From: Acidimicrobiia bacterium
Lineage (GTDB): Bacteria > Actinomycetota > Acidimicrobiia > IMCC26256 > JACDBD01
DNA: 64,000 nucleotides
NCBI GenBank assembly: GCA_035637335.1
Contig: DASPXI010000030.1
Span: 634-64,633 of the forward strand
Reading direction: 5' to 3'
Shown here piece by piece: positions 43,374 through 53,290 of the stretch; the first letter of the stretch is position 1; the number at the start of each line of letters is the position of its first letter. The notes below the pieces were generated by a model. That model was not told where the DNA came from and searched no databases. It worked only from the letters and a program-made list of their open reading frames with translations. Position numbers and translations under genes: made by a program.

Positions 43374-44594
43374 CTAGCGCGTGACGAGAGCGGCGCTGTC
43401 GAGCCGGCGCGTCTTGACCGAATAGGCGTGGCCGCCTGAGTCGACGGCGTCGACTCGACCAGTGGCTGTCGCGACGAAGAGCCACCGTCCGTCGCGGCTC
43501 CAGGCCAGCGCGGGACGGGTGCTCGCGACCGGCTCGGCCACGAACGGCGTCAACGACTCGGTGGTGGTGTCGATGAGCGTCCCCTGGGAGCGGTCGCCGT
43601 CGCTCTCGACGACGGCGAGGCGGCGACCGTCGTCGCTGAACGCAGCAGCGGCGACACCACCCCGTCCCAGCGCATTGCCAATGACGCGCTGGCGACCCGT
43701 GGAAAGGTCGTCGAGGTAGAGGTCGCAACGCCGGTCGGCACAGGCTGCGTCCCGACTGGCGACGACGTCCCGTCCGGCGGCGACGAAGAGCGCCCCCATG
43801 CGGAACGTCACCGGCGCGTCTGCCGGCCGCTCTGGGTCCCAGGTGGCGAGCGCACGCGTGCCGTCGGCGATGAGTCGCTCGATCACCAGGCCACCTGCCG
43901 CCGCAGTGCGCACGGTCGCGCTTCCGCCTAATACCGCCGGTGGTGTCGTCTCGACACCGGCGAGGTCGACCTCCCGCGCCGCCACGGAGCCGTCGGGAGG
44001 ATAGGTGAGCAGCCATACACGCCCGTCGCGCTGCGACGGGAACACCTCGACCGCCGAGCCGATCCCGGCGGCCGGGCCGTCGAGCGACAACGGGACGACA
44101 TAGGCCCGGTGGTCGACGACGAGGACGGCGTGGTCGCCGCTCGTAGCCGCGGCCGTGACCGCGCCGACCGGGAGCTCGGCGATCGCGCCGCTGCGGGCCT
44201 GGCGGCGGTCGACGTCGAGCGTGTTGACGCCGTCGGGCGAAAGCACGAGCAGCGACGTGCGCGTCGCCTTGCTCAGCGTGGGCAGCGCACCGGCGGTGAC
44301 GTCTCGCGATGGCGTGGCGCGGTCGCGAGGAGACTGCTGAAGCCACGCGCCGACGAGAAAGAGCAGGAGGAGCCCGGCCAGGATGGCGATCGGGATGCGC
44401 GCCGAGTCGCGGTGCACCCGGCGCGGGATCCACTTCGGCCCGGGTGGGACGTACGCGTACCGGTCCTCGGTGCGGATGCCGAGCTCGTCGTCCTCGAGCT
44501 CGACGACCGGCAGCGCCTCGCCCGCATCGGCGTCGCACGCCGGGCAGCCCCGCACGTCGTCGGCGAGCTCGCTCCCGCACCCACGGCACCGCAT
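43374..44594 (-). CDS. zinc-ribbon / single-TM / extracytoplasmic beta-propeller-like protein
   Basis: MRCRGCGSEL..CPAC, then the TM helix IPIAILAGLLLLFLVGAWL, then about 300 aa of repetitive beta-strand-like sequence (TolB/WD40-like: SPDG, SDDGRRLAV, SRDGRWLFV). Confidence 0.6.
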   Translation of the reverse strand: MRCRGCGSELADDVRGCPACDADAGEALPVVELEDDELGIRTEDRYAYVPPGPKWIPRRVHRDSARIPIAILAGLLLLFLVGAWLQQSPRDRATPSRDVTAGALPTLSKATRTSLLVLSPDGVNTLDVDRRQARSGAIAELPVGAVTAAATSGDHAVLVVDHRAYVVPLSLDGPAAGIGSAVEVFPSQRDGRVWLLTYPPDGSVAAREVDLAGVETTPPAVLGGSATVRTAAAGGLVIERLIADGTRALATWDPERPADAPVTFRMGALFVAAGRDVVASRDAACADRRCDLYLDDLSTGRQRVIGNALGRGGVAAAAFSDDGRRLAVVESDGDRSQGTLIDTTTESLTPFVAEPVASTRPALAWSRDGRWLFVATATGRVDAVDSGGHAYSVKTRRLDSAALVTR

Positions 44595-44666
44595 ACGCCC
44601 AGTATCGCCGCGTCGGGCCTGATGCGTGCACGGACGACCGCGGTCATGGTCGACGCACGCATCGGT

Positions 44667-44681
44667 CTGACGAAGCGTCAG
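44667..44681. promoter_or_regulatory. 15-bp variant palindrome CTGACG-aag-CGTCAG
   Basis: gtCTGACgaagcGTCAGtt lies 16 nt upstream of ATG 44697. It has the same half-sites as the 16-bp motif, with a spacer 1 nt shorter. Confidence 0.45.
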
Positions 44682-44696
44682 TTACGGTTGCCCCTC

Positions 44697-45536
44697 ATGC
44701 AGCTCGGCGTGACGATGTTCGGGACCGACCTGTCGATGCGGCCGGACGAGCTCGCGCGTGAAGCCGAGAACCGCGGCTTCGCGTCGTTATACCTGGCCGA
44801 GCACACGCACATCCCGGTGAGCCGGCGAACGCCGCCGCCGACCGGGGACGACGTCTTACCGGAGTACTACTCGCGCTCCTTCGACCCGTTCGTCGCGCTC
44901 GCGATGGCCGCGGCCGCGACGGACCGGCTCCGGGTGGGGACCGGCATCTGCCTCGTTGCCCAGCGCGACCCAATCGTGACGGCCAAGGCCGTGTCGAGCC
45001 TCGATCACTTGTCGGGGGGCCGGTTCGTCTTCGGGGTGGGCTTCGGTTGGAACGAGGACGAGATCGAAAACCATTGCGTACCGATGGCGCGCCGCCGCGA
45101 CGTCGCCCGTGAGCACATGCTCGCGATGCAACGTCTGTGGGCCGACGAGCAAGCCAGCTTCGACGGGGAGTTCGTGCAGCTACCGCCGAGCTGGTCGTGG
45201 CCCAAGCCCGTGCAGCGGCCGTGGCCGCCCGTGCTGATCGGCGGCGCGGCCGGACCGACGGTCTTCGAGCACGTGGCCGAGTACGCAGACGGCTGGATGC
45301 CCATCGGCGGCGCCGGCGTCCGCGCCGCCTTGCCGGAGCTGCAACGAGCGGCGGAGGCACGCGGGCGGGACCCGTCGACGGTTCGCATTGTCCCGTTCGG
45401 GACGATCCCCGATCCGGGCAAGCTCGACTACTACGCCGGGCTCGGCATCGACGAGGTCGTCCTGCGCGTGCCAGTCGGCGGACGCGAGGTCGCCCTCCCG
45501 GTGCTTGACGAGTACAGCCGACAGGTCAACGCGTGA
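44697..45536 (+). CDS. LLM-class F420-dependent oxidoreductase
   Basis: GFASLYLAEHTHIP...GGRFVFGVGFGWN...PKPVQRPWPPVLIGG. ATG 44697. The track ORF 44109-45536 is over-extended. Confidence 0.8.
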   Translation: MQLGVTMFGTDLSMRPDELAREAENRGFASLYLAEHTHIPVSRRTPPPTGDDVLPEYYSRSFDPFVALAMAAAATDRLRVGTGICLVAQRDPIVTAKAVSSLDHLSGGRFVFGVGFGWNEDEIENHCVPMARRRDVAREHMLAMQRLWADEQASFDGEFVQLPPSWSWPKPVQRPWPPVLIGGAAGPTVFEHVAEYADGWMPIGGAGVRAALPELQRAAEARGRDPSTVRIVPFGTIPDPGKLDYYAGLGIDEVVLRVPVGGREVALPVLDEYSRQVNA

Positions 45537-46549
45537 CCGACGCTGACCGGGTGCGCTTCGGGACGCTGGGAGCGGCGCGTATCACGCCCAACGCGTTGAT
45601 CCGACCGGCTCGACAGGTACCGGATGCCGAAGTCGTCGCCATCGCGGCGCGCGACCCGAGTCGCGCGGAGAGATTCGCGCGGAAGCACGACATCGCGAAT
45701 GTGCACGCGACGTACGACGACGTCATCGCCGATCCCGACGTCGACGCCATCTACAACCCTCTTCCGAACAGCCTGCACGCGGAGTGGACGCTCAAGGCGA
45801 TCGCGGCCGGGAAGCACGTGCTGTGCGAGAAGCCGTTCACCTCGAACGCCGCCGAAGCCGAGATGGTGCGGGATGCGGCCGATGGCAGCGGGCTGGTCGT
45901 GATGGAGGCGTTCCACTACCGCTACCACCCGCTGGCCCAGCGCATGCACGACGTCGTCGCCGGCGGCGAGCTCGGCGCGCTGCAGCACATCGAGACGTGG
46001 ATGTGCATCCCGCTGCCGATGTTCAAGGACATCCGGTACCAGTACCCGCTCGCAGGCGGCGCCGCGATGGACGTCGGCTCATACACGGTCCACCAGCTAC
46101 GCCTGCTCGGCGGGGACGAGCCCGAGGTTGTCGACGCGCGAGCGCGGCTTCAGTCACCGAACGTCGACCGGTGGATGCAGGCCGACGTGCGCTGGCCGGT
46201 AGGTCACACGGGTCGCATGACGTGTGCGCTGTGGTCGAGTACGCCCCTGAAGCTCGCGATCCGCGCTACGGGCGAACGGGGCGAGCTGCGCGTGTTCAAC
46301 CAGACGGGCCCGCAGTTCTACAGCCGCTTCTCCGTGTTGAGCGACGGCAGGAGGCGCCGCGAGAAGTTTCCGCGCAAGGCCACCTACACGTATCAGCTCG
46401 AGGCGTTCATCAGCGCGGTATTGCGCCGCACGCCGGTGCTGACACCGCCTTCCGACTCGGTGCAGAACATGCGCGTCATCGACGCCGTCTACCGCGCCGC
46501 CGGCCTCCCGCGACGCGGGGAGAACGTCACAGGCGTTCGAGGATCGTGA
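45533..46549 (+). CDS. Gfo/Idh/MocA family oxidoreductase
   Basis: VRFGTLGAARI...EKPF pattern. GTGA overlap with the upstream gene. Confidence 0.75.
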   Translation: MTDADRVRFGTLGAARITPNALIRPARQVPDAEVVAIAARDPSRAERFARKHDIANVHATYDDVIADPDVDAIYNPLPNSLHAEWTLKAIAAGKHVLCEKPFTSNAAEAEMVRDAADGSGLVVMEAFHYRYHPLAQRMHDVVAGGELGALQHIETWMCIPLPMFKDIRYQYPLAGGAAMDVGSYTVHQLRLLGGDEPEVVDARARLQSPNVDRWMQADVRWPVGHTGRMTCALWSSTPLKLAIRATGERGELRVFNQTGPQFYSRFSVLSDGRRRREKFPRKATYTYQLEAFISAVLRRTPVLTPPSDSVQNMRVIDAVYRAAGLPRRGENVTGVRGS

Positions 46550-47678
46550 CGTTGGCCTGACCGCCGCCTTCGCACATCGTCTGGAGGCCGAAGCGGCCGC
46601 CGGTGCGCTCGAGCTCGTACAGCAGCGTGGTCATCAAGCGGGCGCCGGTGGCGCCGAGCGGGTGGCCGAGGGCGATGGCACCTCCGTTCACGTTCACCTT
46701 GCCGAGATCAGCGCCGGTCTCCTTCTGCCACGCCAGCACGACTGATGCGAACGCCTCGTTGATCTCGACGACGTCGATGTCGTCGAGCGACATGCCGGTG
46801 CGCTCGAGCGCGTACGCGGTGGCGGGGATCGGCGCGGTCAGCATGAAGATCGGGTCCGCGCCCCGGACGCTCAGGTGGTGGATGCGCGCCCGCGGCGTCA
46901 GGCCGTGCTCCTCGAGGGCACGCTCCGACACGACGAGCATGGCCGCGGCCGCATCCGAGATCTGGCTCGACACGGCCGCGGTGAGCCGGCCGCCTTCGAC
47001 CAGCGGTGGGAGGGAGGCCATCCGCTCGAGCGACGTATCGCGCCGCGGGCCCTCGTCGGCGGTGACGTCGCGGTAGGGGAGGATCTCGCGCTCGAAGCGT
47101 CCCTCGTCGATCGCGGTGACGGCGCGCCGGTGGCTCTCGAGCGCGAACGCCTCCATGTCGTCGCGCGAGATGCCCCACTTCTCGGCGATTATCTCCGCGC
47201 CCCGGAACTGCGACACCTCCTGGGTGCCGTAGCGGGCGCGCCATCCCTCGGAGCCCGTGAACGGGTCGTCGAAGCCCATGGGCTGCGCGACCGTCATGGC
47301 CGACGAGATCGGGATCATGCTCATGTTCTGCACACCACCGGCGACGATCACGTCGTTCGTGCCGCTCAGGACGGCCTGGGCGGCGAAATGCACTGCCTGC
47401 TGCGATGAACCGCACTGCCGGTCGACAGTCGTGCCCGGCACGTCGTCGGGCAGGCCGGCGGCGAGCCAGCACGTGCGCGCGATGTCGCCTGCCTGCGGGC
47501 CAATGGTGTCGACACAGCCGAACACGACGTCCTCGACCGCGGCCGGATCGATCCCGGTGCGGTCCAGGAGACCGGTGATGACGTGGGCGCCAAGGTCCGC
47601 TGGGTGCACGGCGGCCAGCCCGCCGCCCTTCTTGCCCACTGGCGTTCGCACGGTGTCGACGATGTAGGCCTCGGCCAT
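46527..47678 (-). CDS. acetyl-CoA C-acyltransferase (thiolase)
   Basis: DRQCGSSQQAV, NGGAIALGHPLGATG and CEGGGQA. ATG 47678 shares its A with the upstream TGA. The 3' end overlaps the convergent Gfo gene by 23 nt. Confidence 0.9.
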   Translation of the reverse strand: MAEAYIVDTVRTPVGKKGGGLAAVHPADLGAHVITGLLDRTGIDPAAVEDVVFGCVDTIGPQAGDIARTCWLAAGLPDDVPGTTVDRQCGSSQQAVHFAAQAVLSGTNDVIVAGGVQNMSMIPISSAMTVAQPMGFDDPFTGSEGWRARYGTQEVSQFRGAEIIAEKWGISRDDMEAFALESHRRAVTAIDEGRFEREILPYRDVTADEGPRRDTSLERMASLPPLVEGGRLTAAVSSQISDAAAAMLVVSERALEEHGLTPRARIHHLSVRGADPIFMLTAPIPATAYALERTGMSLDDIDVVEINEAFASVVLAWQKETGADLGKVNVNGGAIALGHPLGATGARLMTTLLYELERTGGRFGLQTMCEGGGQANVTILERL

Positions 47679-48667
47679 CACTGCTCCTCTGCAGCTGTCT
47701 CGCCGTCCAGGATCGCGCGTCCCACCCGCTCGCGGTGCCAGGCGGCGTCGCCCCATGATGCCGCGAGCGCCCAGGCCCGCTTCATCCAGAGGTGGAGGTC
47801 GTACTCGGTCGTGTACCCGATGGCGCCGTGTACTTGAAGGGCGACTCGCGCCGCGAGGAGCGCAGCCTCCGAGGCCCGTGCCTTTGCCGTCGAGACGTGG
47901 ACCGATCGCTGGGAATCACGGCGCGCGAGCGAATGCGCTGCCCGGTAAATGAGCGGACGGGCGAACTCGAGTGCGAGCGCGACATTGGCGAGGTGGTGCT
48001 TCACGGCCTGGAACGAGCCGATCGGCACGCCGAACTGGTGGCGTTCCTTCGCGTAGTCGACGGTCGTGTCGAGCATGTGCTGTGCCAGCCCGATCAGCTG
48101 CGCAGCAACGCCGAGTGCGCCGCGGTCGAACGCGAGCGCGGCATCGCGCACATCGCCGACCTTCGTCGCACGACTTGGGTCCCACTGCACGCTGCTGAGC
48201 CGCCGTGACCGGTCGACGGAAGCACGCGGTGTGAGCGTCGCGGCGGCCGGGTCCACGAGATAGAGGTGCTTGTCGCGTTCGAGCAGCAGCGCGGTGGCCG
48301 ACGTTGCGTACGGCACAAGCGGACCGCCGGCGACGAAGAGGCTGGATTCCGTCACGGCGTCGGGGACGTGCTGGGCGACCGCCGGCAGCGCGACGGCGGT
48401 GTGCTCGACGATCGGCTCGGGGAGGGCGAACCGTCCCGTCTCCTCGAGGATCAGCGTGACCGCGATCTCGTCGACGCCGAGGTTTCCGGCAACGTCGGGA
48501 TGACTGAGGCCGGTGACGCCCATCTCGGACAGCGCGTCCCAGGCGCCACTCCGGCCGTCGGAATTCGTCCACGCTTCACGCACGCGGTCAGGCGGACACT
48601 CCTTCTCGAGGAGATCGTGCACGGCGTCGCGAAACGCGAGCTGCTCGTCGGTGAACGCGAACCTCAC
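47678..48667 (-). CDS. acyl-CoA dehydrogenase, small/non-catalytic-subunit-like
   Basis: 329 aa with VHGAIGYTTEYDLHLWMKRA. It lacks the SEPxAGSD and GGxxE motifs. It sits immediately downstream of the catalytic-type ACAD, a heteromeric alpha/beta arrangement like the mycobacterial FadE pairs. Confidence 0.8.
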   Translation of the reverse strand: MRFAFTDEQLAFRDAVHDLLEKECPPDRVREAWTNSDGRSGAWDALSEMGVTGLSHPDVAGNLGVDEIAVTLILEETGRFALPEPIVEHTAVALPAVAQHVPDAVTESSLFVAGGPLVPYATSATALLLERDKHLYLVDPAAATLTPRASVDRSRRLSSVQWDPSRATKVGDVRDAALAFDRGALGVAAQLIGLAQHMLDTTVDYAKERHQFGVPIGSFQAVKHHLANVALALEFARPLIYRAAHSLARRDSQRSVHVSTAKARASEAALLAARVALQVHGAIGYTTEYDLHLWMKRAWALAASWGDAAWHRERVGRAILDGETAAEEQ

Positions 48668-48671
48668 GCGG

Positions 48672-49823
48672 TTATCTCCTGGGCAGCCCGAGCACCCGCT
48701 CGGCCACGACGTTGCGCTGGATCTCGTTCGTGCCCGCGTAGATCGGGCCCGACAACGCGAACTGCCAACCCTTCATCCACGCCGCGTCATCACCGTCGAC
48801 CAGCTCGGCGTCGGCGCCGAGCAGGTCGAGCGCGGTGGCGTGGAGCCGGACGTCGAGCTCCGACCAGAAGATCTTCACCAGGCTCGCCTCCGGCCCGGTG
48901 CGTCCGCCCTCCATGAGCCGGGTGACGGTCCAGAACGTCTGCCAGCGGTACGCGTCGGCGTCGATCCACGCGCGTATGACGGCGTCGCGCACCGTCGGGT
49001 CGGCGTCACCCGCATGCGCGCGGTAGAGCTCGATCAGTCGCGCCGCGGTGGCCATGAACCGCCCCGGGCTCCTGAGCGTGAGCCCGCGCTCGGAGCCGGT
49101 GGTCGCCATCGCGACGCGCCAACCTTCGTGCACACCGCCGAGCACGTCGCGGTCGGGCACGAACACGTCTTCGAGGAACACCTCGGCGAAGCCCTCGTCA
49201 CCGTCGAGGCGCTCAACGGGTCGCACGGTGACGCCGTCGGCGTGGAGGTCGACGAGAAAATAGGTGAGCCCGTGGTGCCGCTCCGCCTCGGGATCGGTGC
49301 GAAACACGCCGAACATCCGGTCGCAGAACGCGCCCCGTGTCGTCCACGTCTTCTGCCCCGACAGGCGCCACCCGCCGTTCGCCTCATCACGCACGGCCCG
49401 CGACTTGATGCCGGCCAGGTCGCTGCCCGCGTTCGGTTCCGACCAGCCCTGGCACCACGTCTCCTCGGCCGACGCCATCTTCGGCAGGTTGCGGTCCTGT
49501 TGCTCCTTCGTGCCCAGCTCGAACAGCGTGGGCGCGAGAAGGAAAATGCCGTTCTGGGTCACGCGCTGCGGACCGCCGGCGCGGTAGTACTCCTCCTCGA
49601 AGATCAGCCACTCCATGAGGCTGGCTTCGCGTCCGCCGTACTCCCGCGGCCATGACACGACCGCCCACCGGGCGTCGAACAGGGCGCGCTCCCATTCCTT
49701 GTGGAGCGCGAATCCTTCACGCGTATCGCCGGACGGCAACGCGGGCCGGGGCACGTTCGCCTCCAGCCACGCGCGCGCCTCGGCGCGGAACGCCTGCTCT
49801 TCTTCGGTGAAGGTGAGGTCCAC
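48672..49823 (-). CDS. acyl-CoA dehydrogenase, catalytic large-subunit-like
   Basis: WSEPNAGSDLAGI and IYAGTNEIQRNVVAERVLGLP. GTG 49823. Confidence 0.85.
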   Translation of the reverse strand: MDLTFTEEEQAFRAEARAWLEANVPRPALPSGDTREGFALHKEWERALFDARWAVVSWPREYGGREASLMEWLIFEEEYYRAGGPQRVTQNGIFLLAPTLFELGTKEQQDRNLPKMASAEETWCQGWSEPNAGSDLAGIKSRAVRDEANGGWRLSGQKTWTTRGAFCDRMFGVFRTDPEAERHHGLTYFLVDLHADGVTVRPVERLDGDEGFAEVFLEDVFVPDRDVLGGVHEGWRVAMATTGSERGLTLRSPGRFMATAARLIELYRAHAGDADPTVRDAVIRAWIDADAYRWQTFWTVTRLMEGGRTGPEASLVKIFWSELDVRLHATALDLLGADAELVDGDDAAWMKGWQFALSGPIYAGTNEIQRNVVAERVLGLPRR

Positions 49824-49829
49824 GCCCGT

Positions 49830-51023
49830 TCAGCGGGTGAGGATCACCGACGAGCCGTGCCCGAAGAGGCCCTGGTTGACCGTGAGCCCGACCTTCGCGC
49901 CTTCGACTTGCCGGTCGCCGGCGTCGCCCCGCAGCTGCCACGCGATCTCGCACACCTGCGCCAGCGCCTGCGCCGGGACGGCCTCGCCGAAGCACGCCAG
50001 GCCGCCGCTCGGGTTCACCGGGATACGGCCGCCGACCGTCGTCGCGCCGTCGTGCACGAGCTTCTCGGCCTCACCGGGACCGCAGAGCCCGATGTTCTCG
50101 TACCAGTCGAGCTCGAGCGCGGTCGACAGGTCGTACACCTCGGCCACGTCCAGGTCGTCGGGCCCGAGGCCGGCTTCGGCGTAGGCCTGGTGTGCGATCG
50201 CGTCGCGGAAGGTGACCGGCCCGGCGGGCACCGCGGTGGCCGAGTCGGTGGCGAAGTCGGGCATCTCGATCACGGTGTTCGGATACGACGGGGTCACCGT
50301 CGAGATCGCGGCGACGCGCACCGGGGCTGTGACCCCCTTGCGCTTCGCATAATCCATGCTCGACACCACGACGGCCGCGGCGCCGTCGCTCGTCGCGCAG
50401 ATGTCGAGCAGTCGGAGGGGCTCGGCGACGACCGGCGACGCCATCACCTCTTCTTCGGTGACGGCCTTGCGGTACCGCGCGTTGGGGTTCGACAGCCCGT
50501 GGGCCGCGTTCTTCACCTTGACCTTGGCGAAGTCGGCGGGCGTGGCGCCGAAGAGCTCCATGCGACGACGGGCATAGAGCGCGAAGTACGTGGGGTTCGT
50601 CGCGCCGAGCAGCCGGAACCGCAGCCAGTCGGGATCGTCACCACGCTCGCCCGCGGTGGGGGCGAGGAAGCCCTTCGGCGTCGTGTCGGCGCCGACGACG
50701 AGCGCGACGTCGCAGAGGCCGGACAGGATCTGCGCCCGCGCCGCGTTCAACGCCGTGGCCCCCGACGCGCACGCCGCGTAGCTGCTCGCCACGGGCGCGC
50801 CCTGCCAGCCGAGCGCCTGCGCAAACGTCGCTCCCGACACGTAACCGGGATAGCCGTTGCGGATCGTGTCGGCGCCGGACACGAACTGGATGTCACTCCA
50901 GTCGAGGCCGGCGTCGGCGAGTGCGGCGCGACTGGCTTCGATGCCGTACTCGACGAAGTTGCGGCCCCACTTGCCCCACGGGTGCATTCCGACCCCGAGG
51001 ACGGCGACGTCGTGATCAGCCAT
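49830..51023 (-). CDS. thiolase-like lipid-transfer (Ltp/SCP-x-type) protein
   Basis: MADHDVAVLGVGMHPWGKW...YAACASGATAL...IPVNPSGGLACFGEA. It overlaps the DUF35 stop by 8 nt. Confidence 0.8.
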   Translation of the reverse strand: MADHDVAVLGVGMHPWGKWGRNFVEYGIEASRAALADAGLDWSDIQFVSGADTIRNGYPGYVSGATFAQALGWQGAPVASSYAACASGATALNAARAQILSGLCDVALVVGADTTPKGFLAPTAGERGDDPDWLRFRLLGATNPTYFALYARRRMELFGATPADFAKVKVKNAAHGLSNPNARYRKAVTEEEVMASPVVAEPLRLLDICATSDGAAAVVVSSMDYAKRKGVTAPVRVAAISTVTPSYPNTVIEMPDFATDSATAVPAGPVTFRDAIAHQAYAEAGLGPDDLDVAEVYDLSTALELDWYENIGLCGPGEAEKLVHDGATTVGGRIPVNPSGGLACFGEAVPAQALAQVCEIAWQLRGDAGDRQVEGAKVGLTVNQGLFGHGSSVILTR

Positions 51024-51468
51024 CGGCCCGCGCTCCCTCGATCGGCTTCCACTTCCAGACGACGTACTCGTGCTCGTCGTCCTCGACCAGCGTGCCCAGC
51101 GTGAGCTGGACCTCGTCGCCCACACGAAGGGCGGCGGGGTCGACGCCGTCGGCGATCTGTCCGAGCACGACCATCTTCTCCTCGGGCAGCTCGACCGCCG
51201 CCACCGAGAACGGCTCGAACGGATCAGCGGCGACGTACGGCGCCGGCGGCGCGTAGTGGTTGGTCGTGAACGACCAGATCGTCCCCCGGTTGGACAGCGG
51301 CACCTCGTCGAACTCGGTGCCGTCGCAGCCCGGGTTCCGGCAGAAGCCCGACGCCTTGGGGAAGAAGTAGCTGCCGCATCTCGTGCAGCGGTTGCCGAGC
51401 AGACGCGGGTCGGCGTCGTCGAGCGTGAACCAGCCGTCGACTGCCGGGACGCGGTCCTTCGTGGTCAT
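51016..51468 (-). CDS. DUF35 OB-fold/zinc-ribbon protein (Ltp partner)
   Basis: LLGNRCTRCGSYFFPKASGFCRNPGC zinc ribbon followed by an OB-fold region. ATGA overlap with ipdC. Confidence 0.8.
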   Translation of the reverse strand: MTTKDRVPAVDGWFTLDDADPRLLGNRCTRCGSYFFPKASGFCRNPGCDGTEFDEVPLSNRGTIWSFTTNHYAPPAPYVAADPFEPFSVAAVELPEEKMVVLGQIADGVDPAALRVGDEVQLTLGTLVEDDEHEYVVWKWKPIEGARADG

Positions 51469-52532
51469 GCCTCGCCCTTCTCGAGCCGGTTCAACGTCTG
51501 CTCCGCTTCGTCGACGATCCTCGCGACGAGCTCGGCCACCGTGGGCAGCTCGTCGATCACGCCGACGCCCTGGCCCGTGGGCAGTATGCCGGTCTCGAGC
51601 CGTCCATCGACCATGGTGGCCTTGGTGAGCATGGGCGCGTTGGCGGCCATCGCCACCTGCGACCACGTCAGCCCTTCCTTGCGCTTCATGGCCAGACCCT
51701 CGCGCGCGAGCGCCCGCAACGACGTGCCCGTCAGCTTGCGGAAGGCGAGCGCGTTGCGCAGGGCGCGGGGGAGGGCGGTGAGCCTTCCCGCGTGCTCGAG
51801 ATGGTCGACGACGTCGGTGCGGATCACGCGCTGCGGATAGCCGTCGATGCGCTGCGTGACGACGGTGCCGGTGACCGCAGTGTCGAGGTACACGTCCTTG
51901 ACCGTGTCGGGCACGGTGCTCTCCTTGGTGAGCAGGAACCGCGTGCCCATGGCCACGCCCGCCGCGCCCCACGCGAGGGCGGCGACGAGGCCGCGGCCGT
52001 CGGTGAACCCGCCGGCGGCAAGCACCGGGATGTCGACGGCGTCGACGACGGCGGGGAGCAACAGCGAGGTCGGAATGGTGCCGGTGTGGCCGCCGCCCTC
52101 GGCGCCCTGGGCGATGAGCGCGTCGACGCCCCACGCCGCCACCTTCTCGGCGTGACGTGGCGCGCCGACGGTCGGCATGGTGACGACGCCCGCGTCGCGC
52201 AATCGCTTCACGAGACGCTCGCCGGGCGCCTGGGCGAAGCTGGCGACGCGGACGCGCTCGCGGACGAGCATGTCGATGCGCTGGTCGACGTCGTCCCGGT
52301 CGGCGCGCAGGTTCACGCCGAACGGCTGGTCGGTGCGTCCCTGCACCTCGTGGATGGCGTCCTCGAGCTGGTCGTACGTCATCGTCGCCGACGCGAGGAT
52401 GCCGAGGGCGCCAGCCGCGCTCGTCGCTGACGTCAGGCGCGCACCGGCCACCCAGCCCATGCCCGTCTGCACGATCGGGTACCGGACGCCGAACAGATCG
52501 CATGCACTGGTGTGGAGCGCGGGGTGGGTCAT
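51465..52532 (-). CDS. ipdC: nitronate monooxygenase-family flavoprotein, syntenic with mycobacterial IpdC
   Basis: YPIVQTGMGWVAGARL and AQGAEGGGHTG motifs. It sits directly downstream of ipdAB as in the mycobacterial locus. ATGA overlap with ipdB. Confidence 0.7.
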   Translation of the reverse strand: MTHPALHTSACDLFGVRYPIVQTGMGWVAGARLTSATSAAGALGILASATMTYDQLEDAIHEVQGRTDQPFGVNLRADRDDVDQRIDMLVRERVRVASFAQAPGERLVKRLRDAGVVTMPTVGAPRHAEKVAAWGVDALIAQGAEGGGHTGTIPTSLLLPAVVDAVDIPVLAAGGFTDGRGLVAALAWGAAGVAMGTRFLLTKESTVPDTVKDVYLDTAVTGTVVTQRIDGYPQRVIRTDVVDHLEHAGRLTALPRALRNALAFRKLTGTSLRALAREGLAMKRKEGLTWSQVAMAANAPMLTKATMVDGRLETGILPTGQGVGVIDELPTVAELVARIVDEAEQTLNRLEKGEA

Positions 52533-53290
52533 CCCGGGAATTCCTTGGTGCGCATATCGTTCGGGTCCAGCACGTCGCGGATGAGTAACAGCTCCTCGGC
52601 GTTGGGAGCACGCGATTCCGGAACACCATCGGGTATTTGCAATTCGAACCCGGTGGCGGCGACGACCTCATCCACGGTGACACCGGGATGCACGGACCGC
52701 AGACGCATCGTGTGTGCCGGCGTCTCGAAGTCGAAGGTGCCGAGGTTGCTCACGACACGAGGGATGCGGTGGAAGCGCGCCGCTTGCGAACCGAGCTTGC
52801 CGGCGCGGTCGTACCCGATGCCGGTGACGACGTCGACGTGCTCGACGAAGACCTTCGGCGAGTGGTTCGGCACCCAGTAGCTCGTGGGGTCGTTGATGGT
52901 GTTGCCCGGCGCGCCCCGGAAGCCGAGCATCTGCACCTTCGGCGCGTCGAGCGGCCCGATCGACGCGATGTTCTGGTTGCCGAAGCGGTCGATCTGGGTC
53001 GCCCCCATCATCACGTGGCGGCATCCCGACCACGTGATCTCCAGCATCATCCGGTACGGGTTCCACGCCTCGATCACCTTCGGAGCGTCGGGCACGCCTA
53101 TCGGCAGATCGTTACTGATGAACAGCGCCTCGCCGTCGGTGAGGAGCAGGTCGGGCTCGAACGTCGCCCGCGCCAGCCGGCCGCCAAGCATCGGGATCGT
53201 GCCAATCGGGTTGGCCACGATCTCGCCGTCGCCGCGGAACGCGTCGGCGCAGGCGACGACGCACACCTCGGCCCGGCTGAAGTCGCTCAC
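52529..53290 (-). CDS. ipdB: CoA-transferase-fold ring hydrolase, subunit B
   Basis: 253 aa. GTG 53290 forms a GTGA overlap with ipdA. Glutaconate-CoA-transferase-like beta-subunit pattern (MGATQIDRFGNQN). Confidence 0.75.
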   Translation of the reverse strand: MSDFSRAEVCVVACADAFRGDGEIVANPIGTIPMLGGRLARATFEPDLLLTDGEALFISNDLPIGVPDAPKVIEAWNPYRMMLEITWSGCRHVMMGATQIDRFGNQNIASIGPLDAPKVQMLGFRGAPGNTINDPTSYWVPNHSPKVFVEHVDVVTGIGYDRAGKLGSQAARFHRIPRVVSNLGTFDFETPAHTMRLRSVHPGVTVDEVVAATGFELQIPDGVPESRAPNAEELLLIRDVLDPNDMRTKEFPG

